A DNA stretch of 53,551 bases, filler included, from Sluysia triapertura (Eukaryota): NCBI GenBank assembly GCA_046118255.1. It is 4 parts of 4 records of this genome, joined end to end, with 100 filler letters (N's around TTAATTAATTAA, not from the genome) between each part and the next. Parts side by side here need not be neighbours in the genome. Positions count along the whole stretch, not along the records: positions 1 to 11,528 come from JBJNIA010183679.1; positions 11,629 to 27,689 come from JBJNIA010211476.1; 2 more parts are not named here. One strand, 5' to 3'. Below the pieces are notes generated by a model. It was not told where the DNA came from. It searched no databases and saw only the letters and a list, made by a program, of their open reading frames with translations. Positions 1-12,621 of this stretch are shown in pieces. The translations under genes and the position numbers were made by a program. The first letter of the stretch is position 1; each line of letters begins with the position of its first letter.

Positions 1-1873
1 AAACCACTATCGAATCTCGACTCAACAACACCCCACGGATCCAGCTTCCCAAGTGTCAACCTCACAGCTTTATCTTCTTGCAACTTTGAGATGAGCTAGG
101 CATCGTGATAATCCTGATCCCAATTTCGCGCAGTTTGCATAATTGGATAAGGACGTTAATCCTTAAAGTATATGTTGAAAAAATATCTTCGTTTTTATAT
201 TGGACGTACTCACTTAAGCGCCAACTAGTAGGTGTCACCGTAAAGTAATTGAAAGAGCTTTTTTGAAGTTAAATAAAGGATATTGCAACTGATCTCGATG
301 GCTAGTTTGCTAATATATTAAATTCTGCTATTATAGCGAGGTTAATTAGCGATAATTTATATGCGATCCTAATATTTAAAAAGGATTTCAAATGAATAAT
401 GATTTTTAAATTATTATAAATTACTTTTTATTACATTTTATTATGACTATTTATTACTTTTTCTAGATTTTATAAATTTTTGTAACTATTTTATTTATTT
501 GTTACGTAAAAAATAGAATAACTTAGTTCAACAACAATGACACAAAACTACTACAAATAATAATATTTTATAATACAAAGTTTTTTTAATTCAATAAGCA
601 ATGCGGAATTTGATATAAAATGCAATATACTGGAAGGCATTAATGAATAAAATTTATAGTACAATTATAATCCAGTTCTAATAATATGAAATTATAATAG
701 TTATAAGGAATTTTAATATTATAATTAACAAAGCAATTTTCCTTAGTAATTTATCAACGTAACTAAATTTTACACAATATGTTGATACAAAATTTCTAGT
801 GTATTTTATTAACTTTATTATAACAGTTTTTTCCTTATGTAATTTATAAACTAACAACAAATCTTCTGACGAAATTTTTTTATTTTAAATTTAACAAGAG
901 TAAAAAGATTTAAACAGATGTATTATTTCCTTCATCCTATTAAATACGTTTATACTTTGGTATCTCTTAGTTCTTATATTACGATCCTTATCAAAATATA
1001 TGCACATCGAACTGAAACCTTTAATCAAATTAACACGAAGTAGTAGGTTTTTATTATTTGTCCTTTTGTTTGGTTAACAACTCTTTTATTTATATTTGAG
1101 GGGGCTGAACTACCCATAAAAACAAACGGTATAAAAATTTATCAAAAAATAATGAAATAATTCGTACCTAGTAACAAGAAAAACCACATGCTTAGGACAA
1201 GCGCAAATTTTCTGCGAGATTCCATTTAGAATGTCTTCTGGCCAATAAGCAACAGCGACAAGTTTTTGATTACTCATCTTCTTTAATATTAATTCTATGG
1301 CCTTTCAGCCAAATTTGGTGCGAGAATTTCATCATGTTGTATAAATTATTGGAACAATACACAATTTAGAAAACCCTGTAGACAAATACGGATCCCTTCT
1401 AATACACAATTACATTTCAATTGTTGATAAACTAAATGAGAATCATAAAGGCCCTCGTGTTTATTTATCATTTTGTGTTTCTGCTTCATTAACATTTTCC
1501 TTTAGGTTTATTAACTCATGAGCTGCTTGACACATCATCTTTTACATCTCTTGAATCTTAAGCAGCTTGAGTTTGAGATTAATGTATTTGAGCAATCTTC
1601 TTGCAGTCATTATCTCTAATTTCTGAATCTACTTTTAATCTATGTTAAAAAATTCTAATTCTTTTTAACTTTCTACTTTATCAACAAAAATAAGTTTCTA
1701 ATTCCACAATAGAGCCTTTAATACGCAAACAAATAAAGGCACTGGGGTATCCATGACAAAAAAGAATGTAAAATCTAATACTTTTAATGAAATTCAATAA
1801 ATTATTAAAATAGACAAACTTGAGACACAAGTGTCTAATGATATTACAAGTAGTATTAGTTGGGGTGAAATTT

Positions 1874-2181
1874 TGTCACAGTGATGAATGTGACATGTAG
1901 TAAGGTAAGAAAAACAATCAAAGTAAAAATTATGACATAGTGGAGTAGGAGAACCTTATCGCTTCCAGAAAGATGGTTCTCGGAATTCAAGATTTTAATG
2001 TGCGTATATGCGCGTACTCGGTTTGCTTTCAAGAATCCGTTGTATAAATCCACAGACTAAAGGATCACAGTCAAAAGAGTTAGTTTGTAATGTAATTGTG
2101 ACAAGATTGTTTCTGTTTTAGAAAGTCTGTAAGTCAGTTGCAAATAGACGCCAGCTTACGATCAATAAAAACTTCATGACA
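1874..2181 (+). mobile_element. possible solo-LTR-like segment
   Basis: Starts TGTCACA; ends TGTGACA (2103) or CATGACA (2181); TATAAA-like box near 2043 and AATAAA near 2164; GC-richer than flanks. No TSD found. Confidence 0.25.
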
Positions 2182-3907
2182 AAGTCGGAAATGAAATAGT
2201 AGTCTGGAGGGAGGCAGTTAATCTTCTGATTATGTCAATGAAATTTTAATTCGAAAATATCTTAACATGTACTTTTAATCAGTTACATCCATTTTTTGAT
2301 TATTAATGCTCATTATTTGTAGTTCTTATTTAGAATATTGTATCATCAAATATTCGAATAATAATATTAATTATCCCAAATTACACTCCAGACAATTTCG
2401 AGTTATACTTCAATTCCAATAACAAATTCAGTGCAAACTATTTCAAATTCAATTTTTATAACGTTATTTCTCTACTTCTGTTGTGTTGTAGTAAAGAAGT
2501 GTCTCTTTATATAATAGTTTTTATTGGATATCAAATTACAACCAATAATTTGAATGTACTCTATAATTTTCCACTAATCAGTTCTCTATTTAATTTTACT
2601 TCATATGGTTTATTATCTGTATATACAAATAATATTAAATACTGAAGTATTATTTTTTTGCTTATTATTTTAATTATTATAATTATTATTTTACCATCAT
2701 TATTATTGTATAACTATCCATTACTATTATAATCTATTATTGCTAGAACCTCATGATTATTTTTATTTTTACAAAGCCTTCGTTGATTTTGCCACGGCTC
2801 GCTTTGTTGCCATATATTTAATGTACTCGATTCAAAATTAAAATATGATGCTTAATGCTTTTCTGTGTGTAATAAAAGTGAAAATGTCAATATAAAAGGG
2901 TCCCTAGACCGAGAAGAACACAGATTACTAGTAAGGTTGAAGTAGGAGTATGGTGATAATTTCTGAAACAACGTGGCAATTGACTAGTACTCTAGATTAC
3001 TACGAATATAACAATGAACTGTAATGCTTTTGAGGCTAGAATCGACAGTGACATCTAACTGATGTTTAAGGCTTGATTTATCCCTGACTTTTTCCATTAG
3101 AATTAAATTCATTTTCAAGTTTACTAATTAATACTGCTTTGACAATATAATTTAAACAATACATAATTTTTATATTGTTTTTATTACTCATTCATTTTCT
3201 TGAAAACTTATTGTCCCTTGAACGATCAGCCTCAATATCTTTAATTTGTAGCTAATTTTTAATTAATGTACCTCGAAACAAGTTTAGGATGGAAAATAAT
3301 TGATACACTTCGTGCGATTATTTGAGTTGATCCTACAGCAACACCAATTCCATTAGGTTTTAACAGAAACGAATTTATCGTTTCGATTCCTGATATTTTG
3401 TAACGATCGTTCAATATTATTTTCAACGGTTTCGCATAGATTTGTGAGCAAACTTTTCATTTTTTCAATACGGAAGTATTTTAGGATGTAATAGGAATGA
3501 TATAATCTGATGTTTAAATATATGGAAGATGAGAGTGAACAGTTGAGATTGTTTTAACAATAATAAAAATGTAAGTTTCGTAGTGAGCCATCCATTTATA
3601 CAATTCAGCTTATTTAATTTAATTTCAAATTAATAATATTTTTGAAAAAATTATTTTGGAATCAAAGTTAATGATTGAAAGGGTTTGTAGTTAGAGTATA
3701 AAATATGAAGCTAAATTTTGGTAATTGATGTACTTACAGTTTCGACTCACTACACATTCAAATAAATTATATTAACTTCGAAAAAATATTGTCTTTTAAC
3801 TAAATCTTGGATTTTCCAAACAAAAGATTAATATTTATTTTTATAATTTAAAATTATCGAATAGTGCCCAATGAAAATAATATTGAAAATTTGTTTATTA
3901 ATTTCAG

Positions 3908-6900
3908 GGTGGTGATAAATTAAAAATTCCAAACATTAACGGCAAACATTTGGATTTATATAAGCTTCACAAAGTGGTACTTGAAAGCGGTGGTTATGAT
4001 CACGTGAATAGTAATAAGTTATGGCCGAAAATCGCAGCCAAAATGTATTCGAAAGTTAATATTAATTCATATTTACTACGTGGGCATTATGAACGAATCA
4101 TTTTACCGTACGAACGTTTGATTAGCTCAACGGATTCGTTTTGTAACAGTTCAGTAGATAAACCGAAACCAGTTCTTCATCCGTCGACTACAAAACGTCG
4201 AAAATCGAATTCCGGATCAGGAGAATTTAGTATGATGGATTGTGAATCTAATGAATTAAAGCGATTAGAATTTCATGGTCCAGGACCGAAGATGTGGCCA
4301 ATGACTACAAAATACGATTTTAAAGGAGCGAATCTTATGAAGCGTAAGAATTTAGATGAGATTGTTTGTTCAGTATGCGGCTTGGGAGACCGTGAAGAAC
4401 GTCTGCTGATTTGTGACAATGAGAACTGTAACAGGAATTACCATTGCGAATGTCTGGATCCACCTTTATTGCATGTTCCTAGACAAATTTGGAAGTGTCA
4501 AAATTGTATTCTTGAAGTATTGCGAAAGAAACCTGTCGAATACGGATTTCCGAGTAGCAGTACCAATTATTCATTGTATCACTTCGGTAGATCTGCTGAT
4601 CAGTTTAAAGCGCGATATTTTGGAAAAGAAATTCACGTTAGTTTTATTGTATTAGAAAAATGAAAAATTAACAATGTTAATGAAATTATTAAAATTGAAA
4701 ACAACGGTAGTTTTAAAGTATATAATGTGCAATAATGTTGTATATTCAGGAATTAATTCCATGTTCGACTGTGGAAAAAGAATTCTGGCGCATTCTTCAA
4801 TCGTTTAACGATGATATAATTGTGGAATATGGTGCTGATATTCATTCCAGTCACCAAGGATCCGGTTTTCCCACGTTTGAATCTATAAAAAACGGTAAAT
4901 GTGCTTTAAATAACGGTGAAAGTGATTGGGAATTGGCGAAACAATATTCGAAAGAGATGTGGAATCTTAATAATTTACCAGTTAATCGAAAGTGAGTAAC
5001 AAAAACAGAAATAATTTTCGATTTATTATTTCGTTAACCTATGATTTTCTGTTTGATTGTTTAAACTTAAACTTATCGATGAACGAATGAGATGGAGTAT
5101 TTCGAAATTTGGTGCATTTACTAACACATAGTTAAAATAGATTCATAGAAAGCTGCAGTTTAGCTTATTGTGATTGAGTAAATCAATTAGATTAGTGTAT
5201 AATCGCAGAATGTACAGAATAGAGAAAACCGTGGAAAAAGCCAAAATGGAGAATAAACATGTTTCTTTTTTTCTTGCAGTAACGTAGTACGCTTCCATTT
5301 CAGTATTGCATAGAGAACCTAATTTTATTTTTAATTGATACACTTAACTGCAGCACAACAAGAATTACTTGTATCGGACACATCGGTAATAAAAAAAGAG
5401 CAAGATTACGAATAATATTCAAATTTACAGTATTCTTAAAATATTAAAACTATTAATAATAATTATGTACTATTACTAGGTCGATTCTTCGTTTCATTCG
5501 TGGCAATGTAGATGGTATGAAAGTACCCTGGTGTTACGTAGGAATGGTATTTTCTTGTTTCTGTTGGCATATAGAAGATCATTGGTCATATTCTATCAAT
5601 TACATGCATTGGGGTGAACCGAAAACTTGGTACGGGATTTCCAGTGAGAATGCAGAATTTTTCGAGACTATGATGCGTCGTCAGGCTCAGGAATTGTTCG
5701 AGAATCATGAAGATTTGCTTCATCATATCACTACAATTATGAATCCGAACATACTACAACGAGAAGGAGTTCCAATTTATCGCACTGATCAGAACGCTGG
5801 ACAGTTTGTGGTAACATTTCCACGTGCTTATCATGCTGGTTTTAATCAAGGATTCAATTTTGCAGAAGCAGTCAATTTCTGTCCTGCTAACTGGTTGCCG
5901 ATGGGACGGGACTGTGTGGAGCATTATGCTCAACTACATCGTCATTGTGTGTTCAGTCACGATGAATTGTTGTGCACTATTGCCGAGGCGGCTTTGATCG
6001 AACAAGAATTAGAACAAGATATGTCAAAGATGACTAATTGCAAAATTGATGCTTCAAAATATCCACTAATGTATTCTTTAGGACTTCCGGTTTCCGAGAT
6101 TCAGTTAGATACCAACATTCGACGCACTGTTTACAACGAATTGAAATTGGTTATTGAACGAGAGAAACATAATTTGAAACAAATAGACCAATTAAATATT
6201 ACTAACAGAGTTCGCACGGAATTTGAAAACATGCTAGATGATGCCAGAGCCTGTGTGATATGTCAAACAACATGCTTCATGTCCGCTATTCAATGCCGCT
6301 GTATAAATGAAGAATTGAAATCCGAATTTTGTAGTGAAAATTCTGGAGGGATTAAAATAGAAAAGAAACGAGAATTTTTCAAAATTTATTGTATGCGTCA
6401 TGTCGATCAGTTCTGTGCTAAATGTGGACCTAAATTATGGATGTTCTTATATCGCTTTACTATAAATGAACTAGAAAACTTGTCGAAGGGTGTGGAAATT
6501 CGATTACAAGATCTTCATAACTGGGAGTGTGAGTTATGGAAGTATTGTGGTATTCGAGTAGAAAGTACGAAATATGTGGAATTAGAAAATCAAGTACCTA
6601 AATTATGGACTTTGGATAATTTGGAATTGAAATTGAATGAAGGTATGAGTTGTGGTTTTCATACATGCCAAGCATTTTTCAAAGCAAAAGCTCTTTTAGA
6701 AAGGGGACGAAACTTAACTACAGTTTGTAAACATTGGGTGAAGTTGATTAAAGAAGCAGATTGTAATTTTCAAAATTCCGAACAAATTCCAAAATCTCTT
6801 TTAGTTGACTATTTGAATTCTGAAGGAAAAATTGAAATTCGACAAATTAATTTAACTGGCCCAATAACGGAGGAGAACTTGTCTACCGTTTCTGAAACTA

Positions 6901-9900
6901 TTAATTTATTTCCCTTGAAACTGCCGGAATGCGAAACTTTTGTGAGTATGGTTCATCGTTTATTAACGTGGCGATCAGAAGCTCGAGCTTTATTATTGTC
7001 ATACAGTTCTGAAAAACCAGACACTTTATTACCAAATGCAATAAAGTTGTTCGAAGAAGCGAAGTCTATGTTTCCAGGTTGGGCCTCTTTTACTCATGAA
7101 AGAACGGCTTTAACATTACTCGGTCGAACGTTACAATGGAATATTCGAATGCGTGAGTACGAAATAATTTTAAAACCAAATCGATCTAATAAAAATCTAA
7201 TTCAAGAGCACAATTTGTCTGAAATGCTTAGTTTAGCTCACAACTTAATATCGAGTATTCAAGAGACAAGAATTTCAAACAATGCGGACCAGGAAAAATT
7301 CGGTATCACATATATGGAACCACTTCAGTCTTCGTTAACTAATTCAATAGAAACATATGAACAGATTCTTAAACAAGTGGCAAATATTAAAGATCAAGTT
7401 AACAAATTACCGAAACGAACTTTAACGAATTCTTTGATCACATCGTTGAATAAATTGGACAGTGACTGTGTGGAATTGGGAGTTCAAATAAAAGAATTAG
7501 ATGAATACAAAGTCCGATTATACAAATACTGTCTTGATGCTATTTTGATTAGTTCGAACACGTCTTCGAATCAGAAACTGATAGATCTTCAAGATGCTCT
7601 ATTTGTATTGGAAATGGGTTCCAGCTTATTTAATGATAATATTTTAAATAAAACCGACAACGAATTGACTCAGAAACATGTAGCTGCAAAATCACAAATA
7701 ACTCTCATGAATCGATCTATTCGAAAATTAAAAGTGGCATTTTTGATACACGAATCTGAAGAGATAAATCGAAATTTCTTATCATATTTATTGCCACGGG
7801 AATATACTCAAGAAAGGCATTGTTTGAAGTTTCAAGACCAATTTCAGCAATTGTGGCGATCTGGACCTTTAACAGATGGCCAGATCATAGCTTTAATGCG
7901 ATTGTATCAATCGTTTATTGTCTTTGAATTGGATTCGTTAAAGAAATTTTTTGAAAGCAACACTGATGATTTAAACATGTGTTGTATTTGTAATTGTATA
8001 GTTTCTGACGACAACAGAAATGTGGAAGTGATTCAGCATAATCACGGAAATGATTACAAATTCGGTAAAAATTGTATGCCACGCAACAAGCGACCGAATA
8101 TTAACGAAATAGCACAACTTAATAAATTGTTAAAACAATGTCCTGGAGTTTTGTCTTTGTATGGTATCGCTCTACAAGCGCTCAGTAAACGAACAGTAAC
8201 TTGGCTCGTTAGTATTTTTTATTTAACAAAATTTTTAAATCGCTAAGAATTTTTAAGGTTTGATGTTAGATAATTTTGTGATTTGAATGTTTTAAAGGTT
8301 TAAATATATAACTTTTGACAAAGAGTTTCGATGGTTTGAGTTAGGTAAAGATCTTATCTGTGTGAACAACCGAATGATAATGAATTTATATAAGAGGATT
8401 GAAGAGAAAGAAGGTATAAGAGTTAATGTGAAGAAAGGAGGATGTGATTGTAAAGAAGATATCATTCATGCTTATAAAATTAGATTAATAGTTTTCTGCT
8501 ATTGACAAAAGAATTTCACTAGAGTTCAAACATAAAAATCAAATAATATATAGAAAGAGTAATAACTCGAACTATTGAGTTCCCGTTATTCAACAATCTT
8601 GTTTAGGAGAGGGTGAATAATCTACGTTCCTCAGCTACTAAATGTGTGAAACAATTCCATTTTTTAATGTAATTAAATAACTAATTTCATTCTCATTTTT
8701 AAAAACATTGCTCATCTTTCGTAATGTTGGGGATCGTTCAAATTTCTTTCTTGTTGAAAAGTACTCCCTACTTTAATTCAAATGCTGTAATGCACATCTC
8801 AACTTTTGTGCCTATCTTACTGAATGTGTAGCAATTTAATCTATGCTCTCGTTTTCTTTTTAGTCTGTTTTGTGAATTTGTTTTAATTAATTTGTTTGAA
8901 ACCCTACAAAAACTATTCTCTGGAATGATGAAAGCTGCATTCCACATATGAGGCTTTGTGAACCGTCACAACTGCCACTACTGGAAGGGGAAGATCCTCT
9001 TTTAGCTGTGAAACATGCAGAATTGACCTAAAGTAACAGTATGGTGTGGAATGACTTCGGATAGAATTGTGGGTCCCTTTGTCCTTCGCGATACTATGAA
9101 TGCCGAAAGGTACCTCAGTATGTTGAGACATGAAGTTAGTCAATTGATTTTCGTGCAAGATGAAGCTCTCCACACTTTGATATCATTGTTCGTGATTGGA
9201 TGGGTCGTGCGACTTTTTTGTTCTGGGGTTGAAATTTGGAAGAACTTGAAGGTCCAATCGTGAAGTTATGGCTTTCATCCCGTAAGAGTTTCTTGTGAAA
9301 TCAATTGATGCGATTCCTGGTCGATGTGAGTAATTGGTGGCGAATTATCTTGCCTATATTGAATTATAAATAAAGTCCTTGCAATATACTTTCTTGTCAT
9401 ATTTATTAAACGTATAAATTATATTTAAATTATAAACTACAGTTATTTTAAAATAGAAAGTTAGTTTTCAATCACTTTGTATATATTTAAATCGGGCACT
9501 ATAATGATAAATTTACTAGAAAAGTTGATTCATACTAATTCTGAAGTTTAAAATTGCATAAATTTTAATATTACAAATATTAAGGAAATATAATAAGTAA
9601 TATTTGACATTTTAAATTATAATTAGATAACCAAGATGATAATGAAGTGTATCAAAGATTTTTTAAAATGTTAATTATTAATTATTAATATTAATTATTG
9701 AAAATTTATAAGTTGGGCCACAAATGTTTATTTTTATAATTTGTATCTGTGTTTTTGTGCCTATTGTTTTATTTTTATTATTTAGGAATCTTTAGTCGCT
9801 CTTTTCCGTCTGCATTTACCATATTTCTATTCCATTTACTGTCAGATTAATCATTCCACCATAACAACAATACCGATTTGTATTCGTGAACTTTTCTCCA

Positions 9901-10139
9901 ATTATCGAGCAAGTCTACCTTCGTCTCAGTTATTACCACCAAATCAAGCTAATAATCCGTCTTCTGATCCACAACAATTAATATCAAACCTTCTTTATTT
10001 GAAAAAAGTTGGGTTTTGTATTGAAGTTAATGTCGATTCGTACGTTAATTTAATCAGTCTATTTATAGAAGCCATTCACGAACAAGCTAAACTACGAGGT
10101 TTGACATTAACTAACATAACTCCGGTATCATCGATATGA
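3908..10139 (+). CDS. KDM5: KDM5/JARID1/Lid-family H3K4 demethylase, 5'-partial; exons 3908-4636, 4750-4991, 5480-8207, 9786-10139
   Basis: ARID (KLKIPNINGKHLDLYKLHKVV...GGY...W), PHD1 (CSVC...LLICD..C...YH..CLDPPL..VP..IWKC..C), JmjC with Fe ligands (FCWHIEDH; YHAGFN), C5HC2 finger (CVICQTTCFMSAIQC), and PLU-1 region. All three introns are GT-AG and phase-compatible (cac|gttagt..cag|gaa; aa|gtgagt..tag|g; ctc|gttagt..tag|gaa). TGA at 10137-10139. No JmjN exon found in 1-3907. Confidence 0.93.
8608..9481 (+). mobile_element. degenerate Tc1/mariner (DDxD, DUF4817/rosa-like) transposon in KDM5 intron
   Basis: Frameshifted motifs ILWNDE, FVNRHNCHYW, KVTVWCGMTSDRIVGPF..TMNAERYLSML, FVQDEA. Right end tttcaatcactttgta resembles a mariner ...CACCCTGTA terminus; left end only vaguely similar (agagggtgaa). 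Confidence 0.75.
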
Positions 10140-11389
10140 GACGATAAATTTTATTCAATTTACATTCAGTGTTAATAATAATCTTTTTAATTTCATTTTA
10201 TTTTGCATGCATCTGTTATTTTACTGTGTTGATAGTGTGTTTATTGTAGTTGAAACAGAACCATTAATTCTCTATATGTAAGAAGTCAAGAAGCATCATG
10301 CTATTCAGATCAATTAGTTTGTTTCTGTAGTGCAGTTTATTGGTTATTTGATTGGTTTTTATCTACCAATCATCAAATCGATTAACAGTATCTTAGTGAA
10401 GTCAAGTACTTCTTTATATCATGATTTAATTCAAATGAATGAATGCATTTTGTATTTAAACACAAGTAATAATTATTTCCCAAAGAAAATTAAAAACGAA
10501 GTTTATATTTAAATATTTACATTATTTGTGTACAGTTTCATTATTTGTGTAAAATATTATCATTATTATTATTTCATTTTATACTTAATAAAACTGAAAA
10601 TAACTCATTTTACTGTTTTTATAAAACCAATAGTTGCAATTTAAAAATATTTTATTAAATTCTGTAATCATGTTCTGCACAAATTCGATAAACAATTTTT
10701 TGACCACGTAAAAGTATTTGTTTGGCAAGAAGTATTAAAATGTCATTTGTACAATTATATCGGTGTTTCATGCATTTGTCATGATCAAGTGTTTAGATTT
10801 TTATTGGCTAATTTAACTTATAACTCTAGATTTGTTAATATTAAATAAATAATCGTTTTTTAATTGTTTATTTACAAATCATGGAGATGTCACACTTACA
10901 AGATGTAACTCGAGTCAAGTTTTCCTTGGCGAATTGCAACACGGATTTGAAGTTTGAAAAAGCAAAATGTTTAAATAGTTTTGATAATACTGAAAGGTTG
11001 GAAATAATTTACTTACTTGGGCGTGGTACTTAAGCTCATGACAGCAAATTTTACTACAGTAACAGCGTGTAATATTAACAAAATTCTCAATCTAAATCAC
11101 ATTCCTAGAACATTTAGTAGTTCTTCATATGTTTTTATATCAATTCACAGTCAGTCAAACATTTCAATTTTAAACCATTAAACAATAATGATACTGCTAA
11201 GTTTATCTTTTCAATATTCTTTAAATTATAAAAGACAATTACAAGAGTCAATTTCAATATATTACAACTATATCACAATAAAAATCATGTAGCAGCGCAG
11301 TCTTTTATGATAATTAAATATTCAGTAAAATAAAATTCAATTATAATACTCAATCTCAGGGATTACACAACACAAATAAATGTTAGTAC

Positions 11390-11528
11390 TGTTGGGGTAA
11401 AAGGCCTAAAAGTGCCATTTGGTAAAATTGAATTTAATAAAAATGAAATTTTTAGACGGGGCTGATAGCTCAGTGGTAGAGCAGTCGAACTGCGCAGCGA
11501 TGGTCCCGGGTTCGATCCCCGGTCAGTC
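11390..11528 (+). mobile_element. tRNA-containing dispersed repeat, copy 1 (cut by gap)
   Basis: TGTTGGGGTAAAAGGCCTAAA leader then GGGCTGATAGCTCAGTGGTAGAGC...GGTTCGATCCCCGGTCAGTC. Leader shared with 19148 and partly with 28144. Confidence 0.75.
11459..11528 (+). tRNA. tRNA-like/pseudo-tRNA (Ala-like body, defective anticodon arm)
   Basis: A box TAGCTCAGTGGTAGAGC and B box GGTTCGATCCC. Acceptor GGGCTGA/TCAGTC(C), D stem GCTC/GAGC, T stem CCGGG/CCCGG. Anticodon stem poorly paired. Confidence 0.55.
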
Positions 11529-11628
11529 NNNNNNNNNNNNNNNNNNNNNNNNNNNNNNNNNNNNNNNNNNNNTTAATTAATTAANNNNNNNNNNNNNNNN
11601 NNNNNNNNNNNNNNNNNNNNNNNNNNNN
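11529..11628. other. assembly spacer: Ns with TTAATTAATTAA linker
   Basis: 100-nt block; the central 12-mer places stops in all six frames; same design at 27690 and 40571. Confidence 0.95.
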
Positions 11629-11702
11629 GGTAGAGCAGTCGGACTGCGCAGACGATGGTCCCGGGTTCGATCCCCGGTCAGTCCATTTTACGAAGTCTAA
11701 CA
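11629..11702 (+). mobile_element. tRNA-containing dispersed repeat, copy 2 (3' part)
   Basis: GGTAGAGCAGTCGGACTGCGCAGACGATGGTCCCGGGTTCGATCCCCGGTCAGTCCA, then TTTT (Pol III terminator-like), then ACGAAGTCTAACA. Confidence 0.75.
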
Positions 11703-12538
11703 CATGTGTATTCAGTGAAAACCCAAAATCTACAATATGGTGATCGATCTCAACTAAAATTGGTGCAAAATTAACGATATTCGTGAGATATTTAGATATA
11801 AGATTAACAGGTTCACTACCAGTGTCGGGTAGTGCAAATATGTGACGTGTTTACCTTATCAGTTTTCAATAAGGTCTTGCACTATTTTTTCACTGTTATT
11901 CCGTAAGAAAAATTTTCATAGGCTGTGGTAAAAGATTTTTTCCTTGTGTTAAGTTGAAAAATCAAATCAAAGTATAAAGGATTATTTAGGACAAAGATAA
12001 TTATTTTCCGTTATATCATTCTTAATAATAATAAATTGAACTATTTTTTATCCGTTTATATCAAGCATTTCTTTCTATTGAAGCTATAAATTAAATTTCT
12101 TTTACAAAAAAAGAATATTATATAATTTTTTCTTATATTACCCATTTTCCTGTTTCACATAATTCACAAACACTTGAATGAAATGCTTATGTATCACATG
12201 TAAAAAACATTTCTTAGGTTTTTTTACAGGGCTTTTTTGACTGATATGCTTGAATTTACATATTTTAATGTACTACAAAGATATAATAACTGTATTCAAA
12301 TATAACTCAATCAACTTATCTTAATAACGAATGCATTACTTTATTAGGAATTACAAATTTAAATAAACTTTGTAAATAAATATGTCATGTGATAGCAGAT
12401 GCAAATTTTGTAATTATTTGTAAAGTACAAATGTTATAGAATATTGACAAAAATAAGTAATTTAGAGGCTGTAGTAAATAAATCACTATAGAAGTTACAT
12501 AAAGATTATATATTATTATTACTGTAATTTCATTTTAG

Positions 12539-12621
12539 ATGATTTACTCGCCGAGAAAGAGAAATACAAAGCTCTTGGAGATGAACTGGATGTGGCTTTT
12601 GCAGAGCTTACATATGTATAA
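12539..12621 (+). CDS. TPM: tropomyosin terminal coding exon (orphan)
   Basis: cattttag acceptor then (D)DLLAEKEKYKALGDELDVAFAELTYV*, matching the tropomyosin C-terminus (DELL.EKEKYK.ISDELD.TFAEL); phase-1 start as in conserved exon 9. Confidence 0.85.

Noticed and set aside
11452-11460. TTAGACGG (also 13311, 20889) as flatworm spliced-leader RNA
   Set aside because: Only ~8 nt resemble the leader; no terminal ATG|GT or Sm site follows.
11573-11584. TTAATTAATTAA as a biological palindrome or piggyBac site
   Set aside because: Embedded in fixed-length Ns three times; an assembly linker.
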